Positions 47,531 through 60,214 of a stretch of 64,000 nt of DNA are shown one piece after another. Each line of letters opens with the position of its first letter. Position 1 is the first letter of the stretch. The notes beneath the pieces are model-generated. The model did not search any database. It was not told where the DNA came from and saw only the letters and a list, made by a program, of their open reading frames with translations. A program made the translations under genes and the position numbers. The stretch is from Macrostomum lignano (lineage: Eukaryota), in the NCBI GenBank assembly GCA_002269645.1, contig NIVC01002363.1:1-64000 (forward strand). Direction: 5' to 3'.

Positions 47531-50500
47531 TATTGTATTCCCAACGAATGCAAAGTAAATTCTTATTTTATATCTATGGCTCAGCCATGGTTAAATATAC
47601 AGACAAGTGAGTCGCAGCCCCAGAGGCTGATCATTATCTTCTTAGCACAAGAGCGAGTGCACCAACAATACAACATTGGTGGCAGCGGTAAAAGCGCACT
47701 TGGCACGAAAGTGCATCTCCATTGCAGGACAGAGGCGGCACACCAAAGATGAGCCTACTACCTCAGCCATCTCCGTTCGACCCGGAAAAGGATCCATCGA
47801 ACGTGGCGAAAAGATGGGAGGACTACCTACAGGAAATCACGCTGTGGTTGGACGCCTGCGGAATAACAGACGACAAAAGAAAGCGATCTGCATTTCTGCT
47901 CTGTGCCGGTGTGAAAGTTCGAAAAATACTAGAAAACCTGGACAACACAGGATCTGACTTCAAAACGGCTCAGACCCGACTGGACGAATACTTCAAGGAC
48001 GGAACAAACGTGGTATACGAAACCTTCAACCTGCTGCAAATCAGGCAAAAGGAAGGTGAGGCCATTGACTCTTTCCATGGCCGACTGCGGGAAGCAGCGA
48101 AATACTGCGACCTCGAGGTATCAACCACTGATGCAACAACCAAACTGTCCTATGAAGACCGAATAATTCGCGATCTAGTAGTCCTAAACTGCAACTCAAA
48201 CAGCCTCAGACGGAAGCTCATCCAAGAAGGGTCAACTCTGACTCTGAAGAGAGCCATCGAAATAGGAAGATGCTTCGAATCGACGAACAGCCAGAGCGGC
48301 GTCATTGAGAAGCACGTCTCCGACCCGAGCACCGTCAATTCAGTTGGACAGTCCAAAGGACCAAGAAGATTCCCTAAATCGAAGAAAACTGGAACTGACA
48401 GCAAGCAGTTTCCCAGAAGAAAGTCCAGTGCTCGCGATGTCTGTAGCCGCTGTGGAAGAAGCTCACATACAGCAGAAAACTGCCATGCGCGCAACGATAC
48501 TTGCAAGAAGTGCAATAAGGTGGGACATCATGCCAAGATGTGCAGAACCAAACTACCAACCAAAAGTAAACTTCAAGTTTACGAAACGAAAGAATCAGGC
48601 GTGACTGAATCGTCAGACTCAGAGGAGATTCATACGATAGCATGCGTCAGCGCGAAGAACGGTGCAACAAAGCAAGCTGTCATCAACGGCAGAAAATGCG
48701 ATGTACTAATTGACTCGGGCTCCAATCTAAATCTAATATCCTACAACACAGTTGCTAAAATGGTGAGTCCGGATCAGATTAACTCGAGATCACATATCAA
48801 GATTTGGTCGTACGGGGCCAGGACCCCCATCGAAACCAAAGGCACAGTACATCTGGAAGTTACTCTCAACGAAAGTACACAGCAAATGAAGTTTCACATA
48901 ACTCCAGTAAAGGATGTACGCACTATCATCGGATTTGAGGACGCCTTCAAGCACGGTTTCCTGACATGGGGCTCGGATAAAAGCTGCCTTCACATCGAGA
49001 ACATTCAGCAGCCAACGCAAGTGATTCTGGAAGAGTTCAAGGATGTCTTCCGTGGAATAGGAAAACTCAAAGACAGCAAAGTTAAGATTCGCCTGAAGGA
49101 GAACGCCAATCCTATTGTTCATCCACCATCGCGTATACCAGCACACCTTCACCAGAAACTGCGCGAAGAACTAGAAGGGCAGTTAAGAGAGGACATAATC
49201 GAGCCAGTCAAGGGAACTACTGAATGGGTGTCAAGAATAGTGGCTGTTCCGAAGGCCAACGGTAAATTGAGAGCCACGGTTGATCTCAGAGACCTAAACA
49301 AAGCTACTAGGAAGGAGCACTATCCACTGCCCAGCATCGACGAACAACTGATTAACGTTGGCGATGCTAAGTACTTCTCCTACTTGGATGGCAATAAAAT
49401 GTTTCATCAGCTAGAACTGCACGAAGACTCCAGGATGCTCACGACATTTTCAACACAGGCCTGAAAGACTGGCCACTTATGAGATATAAGAGACTACCAA
49501 TGGGCTGGGTGAACTCATCGTTTGCACTCCAATCGGAAATGCATCAAGTTCTTGCTGGCATTTCAGGAGTTCTGAATATCCAGGATGACATCGGGATCTA
49601 CGGTTGTACTTTGGAAGAGCACAATGACCGCTTGAGAAAAGTTCTGCAACGACTGAAAGAGAATAACATAACCATCGGGAAGGAAAAGTGCAAGTTTTCA
49701 GTGGATAAAATAACCTTCATGGGAATGCTGCTGACTCGCAAGGGATTGCAAATTGGTGACGAAAAGGTGCAAGCCATTCGGAATTTCAAAGAACCTACAA
49801 ATCCCAGTGAGGTAAGGTCGTTCATAGGCCTAGTGCAATTCGTCTCACGCTTCATCCCTAACTTGGCGACCATCGCAGAACCGATTCAGAAGTTAACCCG
49901 AAAGCAAGTCAACTGGAACTGGAGCACAACACAGAAAGAAGCCTTTGCAGAAATCATCAAACGAACTTCTACCTCAAAAACACTGGCCTACTTCGACACT
50001 TCAAAAATAATCGAACTTCGAGTCGACGCTTCACCGGTGGGTCTCGGAGCTGTTCTAACCCAAACAGACAGTCGAGGCACCATCAGTCCGGTATGCTACG
50101 CAAGCAGGACGCTAAGTGACGTCGAAAGAAGGTACAGCCAGACCGAGCGCGAGGCATTAGCAATAAAATGGGCGTGTGAAAAGTTTCAGATCTATCTACT
50201 GGGCGCTCCAAAATTCACGGTTATTACTGATCACAAGCCACTGCTTGGTTGTTTTCGCCCAGGTTCCAAACCGCCTCCGAGAATCGAGAGATGGGCGATG
50301 CGCCTCCAGCACTTCAATTTCAAATTAAAGTACGAACCAGGAGAGGCAAACGAGGCAGACTACTTATCCAGACAACCGATGAACGTGGAGAACCCCAAAG
50401 CATCAAGTGCCAAGGCAGACGAACATCTCATCCAGCAAATTTCTACAGAAGCTCAATATTGGGGAATCTCTAAAAGTGACATTGAAAAGGGATTCGAAAG

Positions 50501-51955
50501 ACGACCCGTGGATTCAATCAGCTTTGAAATCGCTACAAACGGGGCAATGGAGTAAATCCAACACGTATTACAATGTCAGAAGCCAACTTTCCAGCACAAA
50601 TGGAGTCCTGTTGTACCAAGACCGCTATGTAGTTCCGAGAAAGTCTGTTATGGCAGTGTTAGAGACAATGCACGAAGGGCATCTGGGAATCACCAAAATC
50701 ACGGAGCGGCTGAAAAGATGCGTTTGGTGGCCTCTGATGGCAGAAGATGTACAGAACTTCGTATCATCATGTGAAAGTTGCTCAAGAGCACTTCCGGAAA
50801 TGAGAAAACCACCAATCATTCCGACGGAGCTACCAGAAGGAGCCTGGAAGCTAATAGGTACCGATCTAAAAGGACCTCTTCCGTCTGGAAAGACACTATT
50901 AGTCATCGTAGACTACTATTCTCGTTATCCGTTAGTTTACGTGTTGCCGAAGGCTGACGCGACGGAGGTGAGCAATAAAATGAAAGAAGTATTTCACTCG
51001 TACGGTGCACCAGAAGAATTAATCACAGACAATGGTCCACAGTTCAGATCCGAAGAATTCAAGAATCTAATGCGAGAATTTAACGTAAAGCACCGAAAGA
51101 GCACCCCATACTGGCCTCGTGGCAACGCAGAAGTGGAACGCTTCAACAGAACTCTGAACAAGACCCTGCAGATCTGCAGTCGGGAAAGGAAGAACCTGAA
51201 ACAAGAACTTGGACGGTTATTGTACAGCTACAGATCTTCACCGATCCGCGCGACCGGAGAATCCCCAGGGATGCTATTCTTTAAGAGGGAATTCGACAGG
51301 AAGTTACCAATTCCGGAGAGGAGAACCATGACTCCAAACAGCGACATCAAAGCTCGTGATGACGAGTACAAATGGAAAATGGCAGAAGACGGACCAGCCA
51401 AGTACCAGAAGATGTTCTGCCCTGGCAATCAGGTCATCTGGAGACGAGAATTTCGCAACAGCAAGTACGAACAGCCTTATGAAGTGCAACCAGGAACGGT
51501 CGTCGGACCAATGGCACGACTGTGAGGATTCAAACCAAAGACGGCAGAATAGTGCGAAGGAACTTCTCGCGACTAAAGAGAGTTAATTGGAAAGACTCCC
51601 CAGAAGAAAAATGCGAGACGGAGGTTCCCTCAAGGCTCAAAGCAGCAAACCAGCCAGTACAGGCGGAGCCTACAGTGAGAGATCGACAACGAGGAATCGG
51701 TCTCCGACAGAATCCAAAGCCGCCGGAGAGATTCGTGCCTGGATAATTTGGGCAACGATTTTGAACAATTTTTGGTTTATCTGACTGTATTTGTTCAAAG
51801 GGGGGAGAGATATTGTATTCCCAACGAATGCAAAGTAAATTCTTATTTTATATCTATGGCTCAGCCATGGTTAAATATACAGACAAGTGAGTCGCAGCCC
51901 CAGAGGCTGATCATTATCTTCTTAGCACAAGAGCGAGTGCACCAACAATACAACA
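47531..51955 (+). mobile_element. Full-length Ty3/Gypsy LTR retrotransposon (Mag-like), 4425 bp
   Basis: Identical 145-bp LTRs (47531-47675, 51811-51955); 5-bp TSD ATGTT; PBS TGGTGGCAGCGGT (47677-47689, tRNA-Leu complement); PPT AAAGGGGGGAGAGA. Confidence 0.97.
47749..51746 (+). CDS. Gag-pol polyprotein of the Gypsy element, interrupted at three points
   Basis: Gag with two CCHC knuckles (CSRCGRSSHTAENC, CKKCNKVGHHAKMC); protease LIDSGS; RT (IQDD); RNase H (DAS, EREALA, TDHKPL); integrase (HxxH/CxxC, D-D-E). Breaks at ~49455-49478, ~50490 and ~51510. Confidence 0.92.
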
Positions 51956-52005
51956 ATGTTGAATTCTTGGCTTTGTCCACCATAAAATCCATGGCGACGC
52001 CCCTG

Positions 52006-53030
52006 TCTGGGTGGGTCCTCTTGTCTCTTGGTGGGTCCTCTTGTCTCTTGGTGGGTCCTCTTGTCTCTTGGTGGGTCCTCTTGTCTCTTTGTGGGTCCTC
52101 TTGTCTCTTGGTGGGTCCTCTTGTCTCTTGGTGGGTCCTCTTGTCTCTTGGTGGGTCCCCCTCTCTCTTTGTGGGTCCTCTTGTCTCTTTGTGGGCCCTC
52201 TTGTCTCTTGGTGGGTCCTCTTGTCTCTTGGTGGGTCCTCTTGTCTCTTGGTGGGTCCCCCTGTCTCTTTGTGGGTCCTCTTGTCTCTTTGTGGGTCCTC
52301 TTGTCTCTTTGTGGGTCCTCTTGTCTCTTTGTGAGTCCTCTTGTCTCTTGGTGGGCCCCCTTTCTCTTTTTTGGGTCCTCTTGTCTCTTGGTGGGTCCTC
52401 CTGTCTCTTGGTGGATCCTCCTGTCTCTTGGTGGGTCCTCCTGTCTCCTGGTGGATGCCCCTGTCTCTTGGTGCATGGGTGCCCCTGTCTCTTGGTGGGT
52501 GCCCCTGTCTCTTTGTGGATCCTCTTGTCTCTTGGTGGGACCTCTTGTCTCTTGGTGGGTCCTCTTGTCTCTTTGTGGGTCCTCTTGTCTCTTGGTGGAT
52601 CCTCCTGTATCTTGGTAGGTACTCTTGTCTCTTGGTGGGTCCTCTTGTCTCTTTGTGGGTCCTCTTGTCTCTTGGTGGGTCCTCCTGTCTCTTGGTTGGT
52701 GCCCCTGTCTCATGATGGGCGACCCTGTCTCATGATGGGCGACCCTGTCTCATGATGGGCGACCCTGTCTCATGATGGGCGACCCTGTCTCATGATGGGC
52801 GACCCTGTCTCATGATGGGCGACCCTGTCTCATGATGGGCGACCCTGTCTCATGATGGGCGACCCTGTCTCATGATGGGCGACCCTGTCTCATGATGGGC
52901 GACCCTGTCTCATGATGGGCGACCCTGTCTCATGATGGGCGACCCTGTCTCATGATGGGCGACCCTGTCTCATGATGGGCGACCCTGTCTCATGATGGGC
53001 GACCCTGTCTCATGATGGGCGACCCTGTCA
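52006..53030. repeat. Two-phase 20-bp satellite: (CTTGGTGGGTCCTCTTGTCT)n to ~52710, then 16 essentially identical (CATGATGGGCGACCCTGTCT) units
   Basis: Direct tandem repeats; accounts for the overlapping ORFs at 51748-52755. Confidence 0.95.
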
Positions 53031-53654
53031 CTTGGTGTCCCGCCCCTTGCCGGTGGATGCCACGCCCAAGATGTGGCAAAAGTTGAGCTCCCTTATCATT
53101 TGTCCAGCTCGGCTGCTTCTTTCATTCAGTTTTTAAATAAGAGAAATTATTGTGGCGGGGGGTGAATAGAAGAAATTATTGTGGCGGGGGGGGCGAATGG
53201 GGGGAGGGCGGTCCCCTGGCCCCTCTGCGGGCGAATGGGGGGAGGGCGGTCCCCTGGCCCCTCTGCGTAAGGCACTGACTTTATCCTGCAGCTGCATGCA
53301 GCCCAGCTTAAGCGGCGATTTTCATAAGCAGTTACTCTCTAGAATGTTGCGAAACAGTAAATATACGCCAGACACTCAGCTAGAAGCCAACAAGTTTCTC
53401 TTTTGCCCTTTTACTTTTAATCCTCTAAAATTGAACATCTTTAAAGAACCGCCGCCTTCACGCCACATTTATTTCAACTCGCTACAATCTAGCTGTTAGA
53501 AATAAATGACTTTTCCTTTGAAACAAACTGCTGTCCGTTTGATAGTAGTAGTAACGTACGAGCGTGGGATATAAAATTTACATAGAATCCTAAAATTTTC
53601 TAAGCGAAAAGCCTTATCAATATAAAGATATAAAAGTAAAGGCATTTGGTCTAT

Positions 53655-54432
53655 CATATTAACAGTAGGAATAACCAATCTATTTTTCCTCCTATCGAAC
53701 TACCAAGAGGGAGTGATAAAACCCTCCCCCCCCCCGACAGTTTTTTTGCTGTGCCGGAACGGAGCAACGCGAAATTCAAGAACAGGGGCCAACTTTTTGT
53801 TTCGCACCTTTTCAACACAAGAATCAAGTCTTCAGCCCTCCGGAAAGTCGAAATATTCGACGATTCTGCCAGAAGGTCGGGTTTTTCCCATAAGCGCCAG
53901 TGTATTCAGTACACCCCTGTGCGCCAATTAGCACTGCGCCTCAGTGCAGCCTTGCCAAGCCTCCAAATTTCATCAGCACGTCAACCACATATGTCTACAC
54001 CAGCTGTAACTTCGTTGGTCACTAGCCTTCACCCAGGCGGAGCTTCTGGACCTTCAACAGGTGGCACCAGGTGACTATGGACACTCTGTTGCAAATGTCT
54101 CTAGTTTCACTGATCAAGTCTCGACAGTGGGCAAGCCTCAACTGCTGGACATCCTCAGCTAGAGTCTCAAGCATTCCGTCATCACCCCGACGCCGTTGGC
54201 ACCTTCCAGAAGACGGAAACGTGACTATGGATGCCTAAAAGAGATTTTTTTATAATTTTATAAGCAATATATTTTTTATAAGCAATTTTGTTTTCCTTTA
54301 CTTGATCTTGAGTCCATACAGAAAGCTTGATCATTGACATCAGAGATTTTCGCATCAGGATGTCCATAGTCGCTTGGTGTAATCTGTTGAAGGTGCGGAC
54401 GGTGTCGGGGTCATAACGAAATGCTTGAGAGA
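53655..54432 (+). mobile_element. Truncated second copy of the Foldback-like element
   Basis: Collinear with 32905-33450 (e.g. GTGTATTCAGTACACCCCTGTGCGCCAAT), with a short inverted subrepeat at 54360-54432. Confidence 0.85.
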
Positions 54433-54749
54433 CTAAGCGTCATTAAGCTAAGCATGATTAAATAGATTCATAAAACCAATGAGTCGAGCTGTGCCATTCT
54501 AATGATTTTAGGCACAATACAAGTACGATTGTACGTACTCGCACAAATAATCAGAGGGATTCACTAATGACCAGACACCATTCGACAGGTGAAATTAGGC
54601 TATAGAAATTGCGGGATGACCATTTCTGATTGGCTACTAGAAGCAAATTTAAAAGTATGTTTCAAGCAAGCCAGAATTCTCTCTCTCATTCAGACTCTGG
54701 AATTCTCTTTGTAGGTTTAACCGTCATCAAGTTTCAGCTTGAACACAAA

Positions 54750-55082
54750 ATGATCAATTCTGCTTGTCTACTGTTGACCGCGTTGTCCCTAACAATTATC
54801 TCAGACGTGGATGGGACTACTTCAAGTAAGCCTAAGCAGGAGGAGGATGGCTTCGAAATGAATTTTCCACTGAGATATGTGCTCGGTGGCGTGTCACTGG
54901 GCTTAATCGTTTTTGTCCTGATATTTTTTGTCACTTACGTGTGCCTCGTGGTCAAATGCAAGATGGAGCCCTGGCAACCGTTTCGTTGTCTATGGGAAAA
55001 CTCGGCAGTTGTGGACCTCGACTCGGCTCTGGACTGGAACTGCGAAGAAACTCGAATTGACGTGGAAGCTTCGGCGCTCTGA
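54750..55082 (+). CDS. Small type I membrane protein (110 aa): signal peptide, short ectodomain, one TM helix, acidic tail
   Basis: MINSACLLLTALSLTIISDVDG; TM YVLGGVSLGLIVFVLIFFVTYVCLVV; acceptor-like TTTCAG just upstream of the ATG. Confidence 0.6.
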   Translation: MINSACLLLTALSLTIISDVDGTTSSKPKQEEDGFEMNFPLRYVLGGVSLGLIVFVLIFFVTYVCLVVKCKMEPWQPFRCLWENSAVVDLDSALDWNCEETRIDVEASAL

Positions 55083-55422
55083 CTGACAGCTAATCGTGAC
55101 ACCACTGCAAAGTCAGTGAACACTGCATACTTTTAACAAATGGTTAGATTTCATAGGACTCTGATAAGTCCTCTGAGACTCTAAATCTTGCCACTAGTTC
55201 ATGAAGCAAATAAAAGAAATACAAGCTGGTCACGCTAGAGATACCAACGAGTAATTAAAGTTCTCAACCGGATTACCTAAACCTTAACCTAAACGTGTGT
55301 TCATTGATGCGTTTCCTGTGCACAGGCGGAATTCGCTTTGGTTTATTGTATCAAATTGCCTACGTCAGTAAAAGCGTTAATAAAAACTTTGTGCTTTGTG
55401 TAAACTAGAGGGGGGAGGGAGC

Positions 55423-55500
55423 GGCGTAGCCCAGTGCTCTAGCGCGGTGCTCTGATGTGCCAGCGGCCCAGGCTCGATTCCAAGTGCAGTCACATTAATG
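55423..55500 (+). mobile_element. tRNA-like Pol III head, probably a SINE fragment
   Basis: A-box-like TAGCCCAGTG and B-box-like GGCTCGATTCC at tRNA spacing; I could not fold a convincing cloverleaf. Confidence 0.4.
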
Positions 55501-55974
55501 CAATCGTTACTCTCTGAGTAAGGGGTGTTAGACGCGCCGGAGGGTGCCGCTGTACATATCGCTGTACTTTGGCGGGGGGTTGAGGTGTGGGGGTGTTGGC
55601 CGCGCCGGCCAGCTTAAAGCCTCTGCACCCGGCCCGGTTTGGCTCCGCCGCCATTTCTCAATTTTTTTATCTCCTTTTTACGATCCAATAAATATTAACT
55701 CATTTAAACTAATAAATAAACGCTTCGCTTGATCCACTGGGATCCGCTTTCTCGGCCGCTGCCTGCTTTTCGCAACTGACTTTGTCTCGTTTGGCTCCTT
55801 CCGGCGTGTTTAATTTGGTGTTAAATTTGAATCTCGGCTTGGCTCTGCTTGTGCAATTAACTGCCTCGAGGGCCAGCCCCCAAGGCGCAGTGAAGTGTAC
55901 ATGCCTAACGCTGTACACTCCTGTGTGAGTGTGGGCCTGTGCGTGTGACTGCGTACGCATCCCAGGATATGTGT

Positions 55975-56357
55975 CTTGAAGCTGCTCTAGCTAACCCATA
56001 AACTCATGCCATATCGCCAGCCTGCTGAACAAGCACTGCAGTCTTGGAGGCGACACGGCTGTATGTGCCCCACCACAATGGAGCACAAAGATCGTTTCGA
56101 TCCCAAAAAAGGGGCCTCTACAAGCCTGGACAACCAGCGCGGCATCGCGCTGGAGTGCGCCATGGCGAAGCTGCTGAATGCAGCGCTCCGCAACCGCCTC
56201 CTACCTGGCCTCAACCAGATGCTGTTGAGTCTTCAGAGCGACTTCTGACCTTGAAGGTCCACCACAGAGCAGGTCGCGACCATCCGCACCGTCATCGGGG
56301 CCTGCAAGACCCGCCAACGTGCCGTGTCTTCATGGACTTCTACAAGGCGTTCGATAG
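55975..56357 (+). pseudogene. Non-LTR retrotransposon (LINE) RT N-terminal fragment
   Basis: IPKKG..DNQRGIAL..AKLLN..LRNRL..LQSDF*P.RSTTEQ..F.DFYKAFD motifs, with frameshifts and stops. Confidence 0.85.
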
Positions 56358-56408
56358 ATAGATAGATAGATAAATGGACCTGTACAGTGATTCCAGGGCA
56401 TTTGTCCA

Positions 56409-56675
<267 letters not shown>

Positions 56676-57104
56676 ATCTATCTAATTTATCTATCATCTA
56701 TCATCTATCCCAAGAGCAATAGGTTGCTCTGATGTTGAACATTAGATCGAACGATTCTATCCGATCTAGATAGATAGCTACTAGTTGATAGCGTACCAAA
56801 CACATTTGACACAACCAACATTCCAGAGAATCCAGACAAACACATTACAACCACATTCCAAACAAACACATTTCAGTCAAATCAGTTTCAGATGTGACAC
56901 CCAATCGTGACATCCTCTAAGTCACGGGCATTTTCTTTTCAAAAGTCACGTGTTGGCAGCCCCAGACATATCTGGAGACCACGGGACTCCTCCTTTAGCG
57001 TGTTCTATAATCAAGTAATTATAGAGATTAGCGTAAATCCCTGTGATTATCAAGTTAACCTTAAGCACAATACTAATCATAATCAGAATGAGTAAGATTG
57101 ACTA

Positions 57105-58397
57105 GAATGAAAAAAGTGGCTAGAATGAATAAAAGTGACTATAATGACTAAAAAGGGACTAGAATGACTTAAAAGTGAATATATAAAAGCGACTATAATG
57201 ACTAAAAGTAACTATAGAATGTCTAAAGGAGACTATGGAATGACTAAAGGGGACTAGAATGACTAAAGGGGACTAGAACGACTAAAGGGGACTAGAATGT
57301 AGGGGTCGGACGATATTGAATTTTCGAGATTTTCGAGATTCGAGATTGGCCTCTTCGAGATATTCGAGATTTGATCGAGATTCGAGACATATAGTGGAAT
57401 TGGCGGTAGGTCTATTAGACAAGCTCCCGGGCCGGGATCCCAAGAACCGTCTCCGAAGGCACAGGATTCAAAATGTTAAATAAAATTTTGCCAACCCAGT
57501 AAAACAAAGTATTGCTAACCATCATCAGCAAACAAAAATACAACTCATTGAAATAACCGGATTACACATTAAATATTACCATGCGGATACGAGGTACCTA
57601 ACTGACGAACTAGCGAGACAAAAGAAACCATCAACGTCACATGTTGAGTGTTGATCTTGGACGTCAACTTCAAGTAGCCGATGAATTGCTGGAACATTAA
57701 TTGTTTGAAGCAGAAATGCATTACATTACAAATAAATTGAAAATAGTAAATATATTGTTCAAAACAGCGCTAATGCAAGCCATGACCATCGGCATCTGTA
57801 TGCTATATATAAACTATACATTCTTCGTAACATGCAAAATTTAAACAAAATATTGACATTGACACCATCAGGCTCTATGATATGATGCTATGCTTCTTAT
57901 AGATCGAAATGTTTTTTCGAACATTTAATTTTCATCTCGAATCTCGACATTTTTTTCGAGATCATGAAGTCGAGATCGAGATTTGAGAAAACCCCGAGAT
58001 CTCGATCTCGTCCGACCCCTACTAGAATGACTAAAGGGGACTAGAATGACTAAAGGGGACTAGAATGACTAAAGGGGACTAGAATGACTAAAGGGGACTA
58101 GAATGACTAAAGGGGACTAGAATGACTAAAGGGGACTAGAATGACTAAAGGGGACTAGAATGACTAAAGGGGACTAGAATGACTAAAGGGGACTAGAATG
58201 ACTAAAGGGGACTAGAATGACTAAAGGGGACTAGAATGACTAAAGGGGACTAGAATGACTAAAGGGGACTAGAATGACTAAAGGGGACTAGAATGACTAA
58301 AGGGGACTAGAATGACTAAAGGGGACTAGAATGACTAAAGGGGACTAGAATGACTAAAGGGGACTAGAATGACTAAAGGGGACTAGAATGACTAAAA
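57105..58397. repeat. 20-bp satellite (GACTAGAATGACTAAAGGGG)n interrupted by a MITE
   Basis: Degenerate units at 57105-57240; ~18 identical units at 58022-58397. Confidence 0.92.
57300..58021. mobile_element. hAT-type MITE
   Basis: TIR TAGGGGTCGGACGA / TCGTCCGACCCCTA, TCGAGA subterminal repeats, perfect 8-bp TSD CTAGAATG. Confidence 0.93.
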
Positions 58398-58924
58398 CTT
58401 ACCATAATCTATCGAGTAGAGTGACTAGATTGCCAAAATAGAATAGGGTGACTAGATTGCCAAAATAGAATAGGGTGACTAGATTGCCAAAATAGAATAG
58501 AGTGACTAGATTGCCAAAATTTCTTTCACAGAGAGACCAAGAGGAAATTTGCTTCACAAGCTACTCATCAGTAGGCGATCAGTTTTACCGAAGGGATTTA
58601 ATTAACCAAAGGCAGCTAGAAACGACTAACTAACACCTGTACAGCTAGACGCCTCAATAGTTTGTCGTGAGTCTATTGAAGCCGAGGCCTAGAATTGAGC
58701 TAGGGCTCCTGGAAGATTGACTCGGCTGTAAGGGAGTTGATGAAGCTGCTCACGGATGAAGCATGCTCTGGGAGTAGTTGGGATCGTGGCCGTGAGATGT
58801 CAAGAAGGCAAATGTCTCCGCCCATTGCTTGTTGCCAGCAGTGACGACTTCAGGGTGACTCTGCGTTTCAGAATTGCGAATCTTTTACTCACGATCGCAA
58901 ACATCCCCTACATGTAACTTGAGC

Positions 58925-59690
58925 TGTCACTCTGTTGTCACTCGGTTGTCACTCTAGTCCTTGACCCTCACAGCCACTCGGTTGTCACTCTAGTCCTTGA
59001 CCCTCACAGCCACTCGGGTCCTGGACTCTAACTGTCACTCTATTGTCACTTTAGTCCTGGACTCTCACAGTCACTCTATTGTCACTTTAGTCCTGGACTC
59101 TCACAGTCACTCTATTGTCACTCTAGTCCTGGACTCTAACTGTCACTCTATTGTCACTTTAGTCCTGGACTTCCACAGTCATTCTATTGTCACTCTAGTC
59201 CTGGACTCTAACTGTCACTCTATTGTCACTCTAGTCCTGGACTTCCACAGTCACTCTATTGCCACTCTAGTCCTGGACTCTCACAGTGACTTGATTGTCA
59301 CTCTAGTCCTGGACTTCCACAGTCACTCTATTGTCGCTCTAGTCCTGGACTTCCACAGTCACTCTATTGTCACTCTAGTCCTGGACTCTCACAGCCACTC
59401 GATTGTCACTCTAGTCCTGGACTCTCACAGCCACTCGATTGTCACTCTAGTCCTGGACTCTCACAGCCACACGATTGTCACTCTAGTCCTGGACTCTCAC
59501 AGTGACTTGATTGTCACTCTAGTCCTGGACTCTCACAGTCACTCGATTGTCACTCTAGTCCTGGACTCTCACAGTCATTCTATTGTCACTGTAGTCCTGG
59601 ACTCTCAGTCATTCTATTGTCACTCTAGTCCTGGACTTCCACAGTCACTCTATCGTCACTCTAGTCCTGGACTCTCACAGTCACTGAGGA
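58925..59690. repeat. 36-bp minisatellite (GTCACTCTAGTCCTGGACTCTCACAGTCACTCTATT)n, ~20 units
   Basis: Contiguous variant units with no spacers. Confidence 0.92.
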
Positions 59691-59756
59691 TATGCCATGA
59701 CACACTGCATTTTGGAAGCACGATATTTTGAGCCGGCCAGCATCTTGCTGCTACTT

Positions 59757-60040
59757 CACGGATCTGCAAACGCTTTTACCTTAAGGTTCAGATATTAAAC
59801 TTAGCGCATAACTGCGGTCCAGAGGAGGGGATCGAGAGAAGGGAATGGAGATAAGAGAAAGCAGAGATGAGGGAAAAAGAAAAGCGAGGAGTTGTGAAGA
59901 GAGTAGAGGATAGAGGGAGAAGGGAGAGGAAAAAGGAGATGAGATCAGAAGAAAGCTAAGAAGAGGCACAAACCTTGAAGCCGGCCGGATTGCTATTGTG
60001 AAGTTTCAAGGACCCTCGGACCGGAGGTTGCCCAACAGTT
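59757..60040 (+). mobile_element. Decayed, internally deleted copy of the AG-tract MITE
   Basis: TTTTACCTTAAGG..AG tract..GCCGGATTGCTATTGTGAAGTTT matches the 62802 copy. Confidence 0.7.
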
Positions 60041-60214
60041 CTGCCTGAACAGTCGTCCGTTCACTGGCCATGCGCACAGCCGATCGCTGATTGGCTGCAG
60101 TGCAGGCCGCGCCGGAACCAAAAATGATAATCAAAGCCAATATTCTCAACTAGAATTTTTCACCTTAATCTCAGCTATCATTTTCGACGAAATTAATCGA
60201 CAAAATTGAAAAAC

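Larger units (their letters stand above)
47189..52005. mobile_element. hAT-type MITE (~390 bp net) split by the Gypsy insertion
   Basis: Ends CAGGCGCATCGCCA / TGGCGACGCCCCTG; perfect 8-bp TSD TCTGGGTG (47181-47188, 52006-52013); shares the 21-bp internal repeat with 35734-36061. Confidence 0.8.

Noticed and set aside
51748-52755. Hydrophobic 335-aa and charged 263-aa ORFs
   Set aside because: They overlap the 3' LTR and the 20-bp satellite, with no independent coding signal.
55423-55500. Functional tRNA gene
   Set aside because: A and B boxes are present but there is no convincing acceptor stem or terminator; more likely a SINE head.
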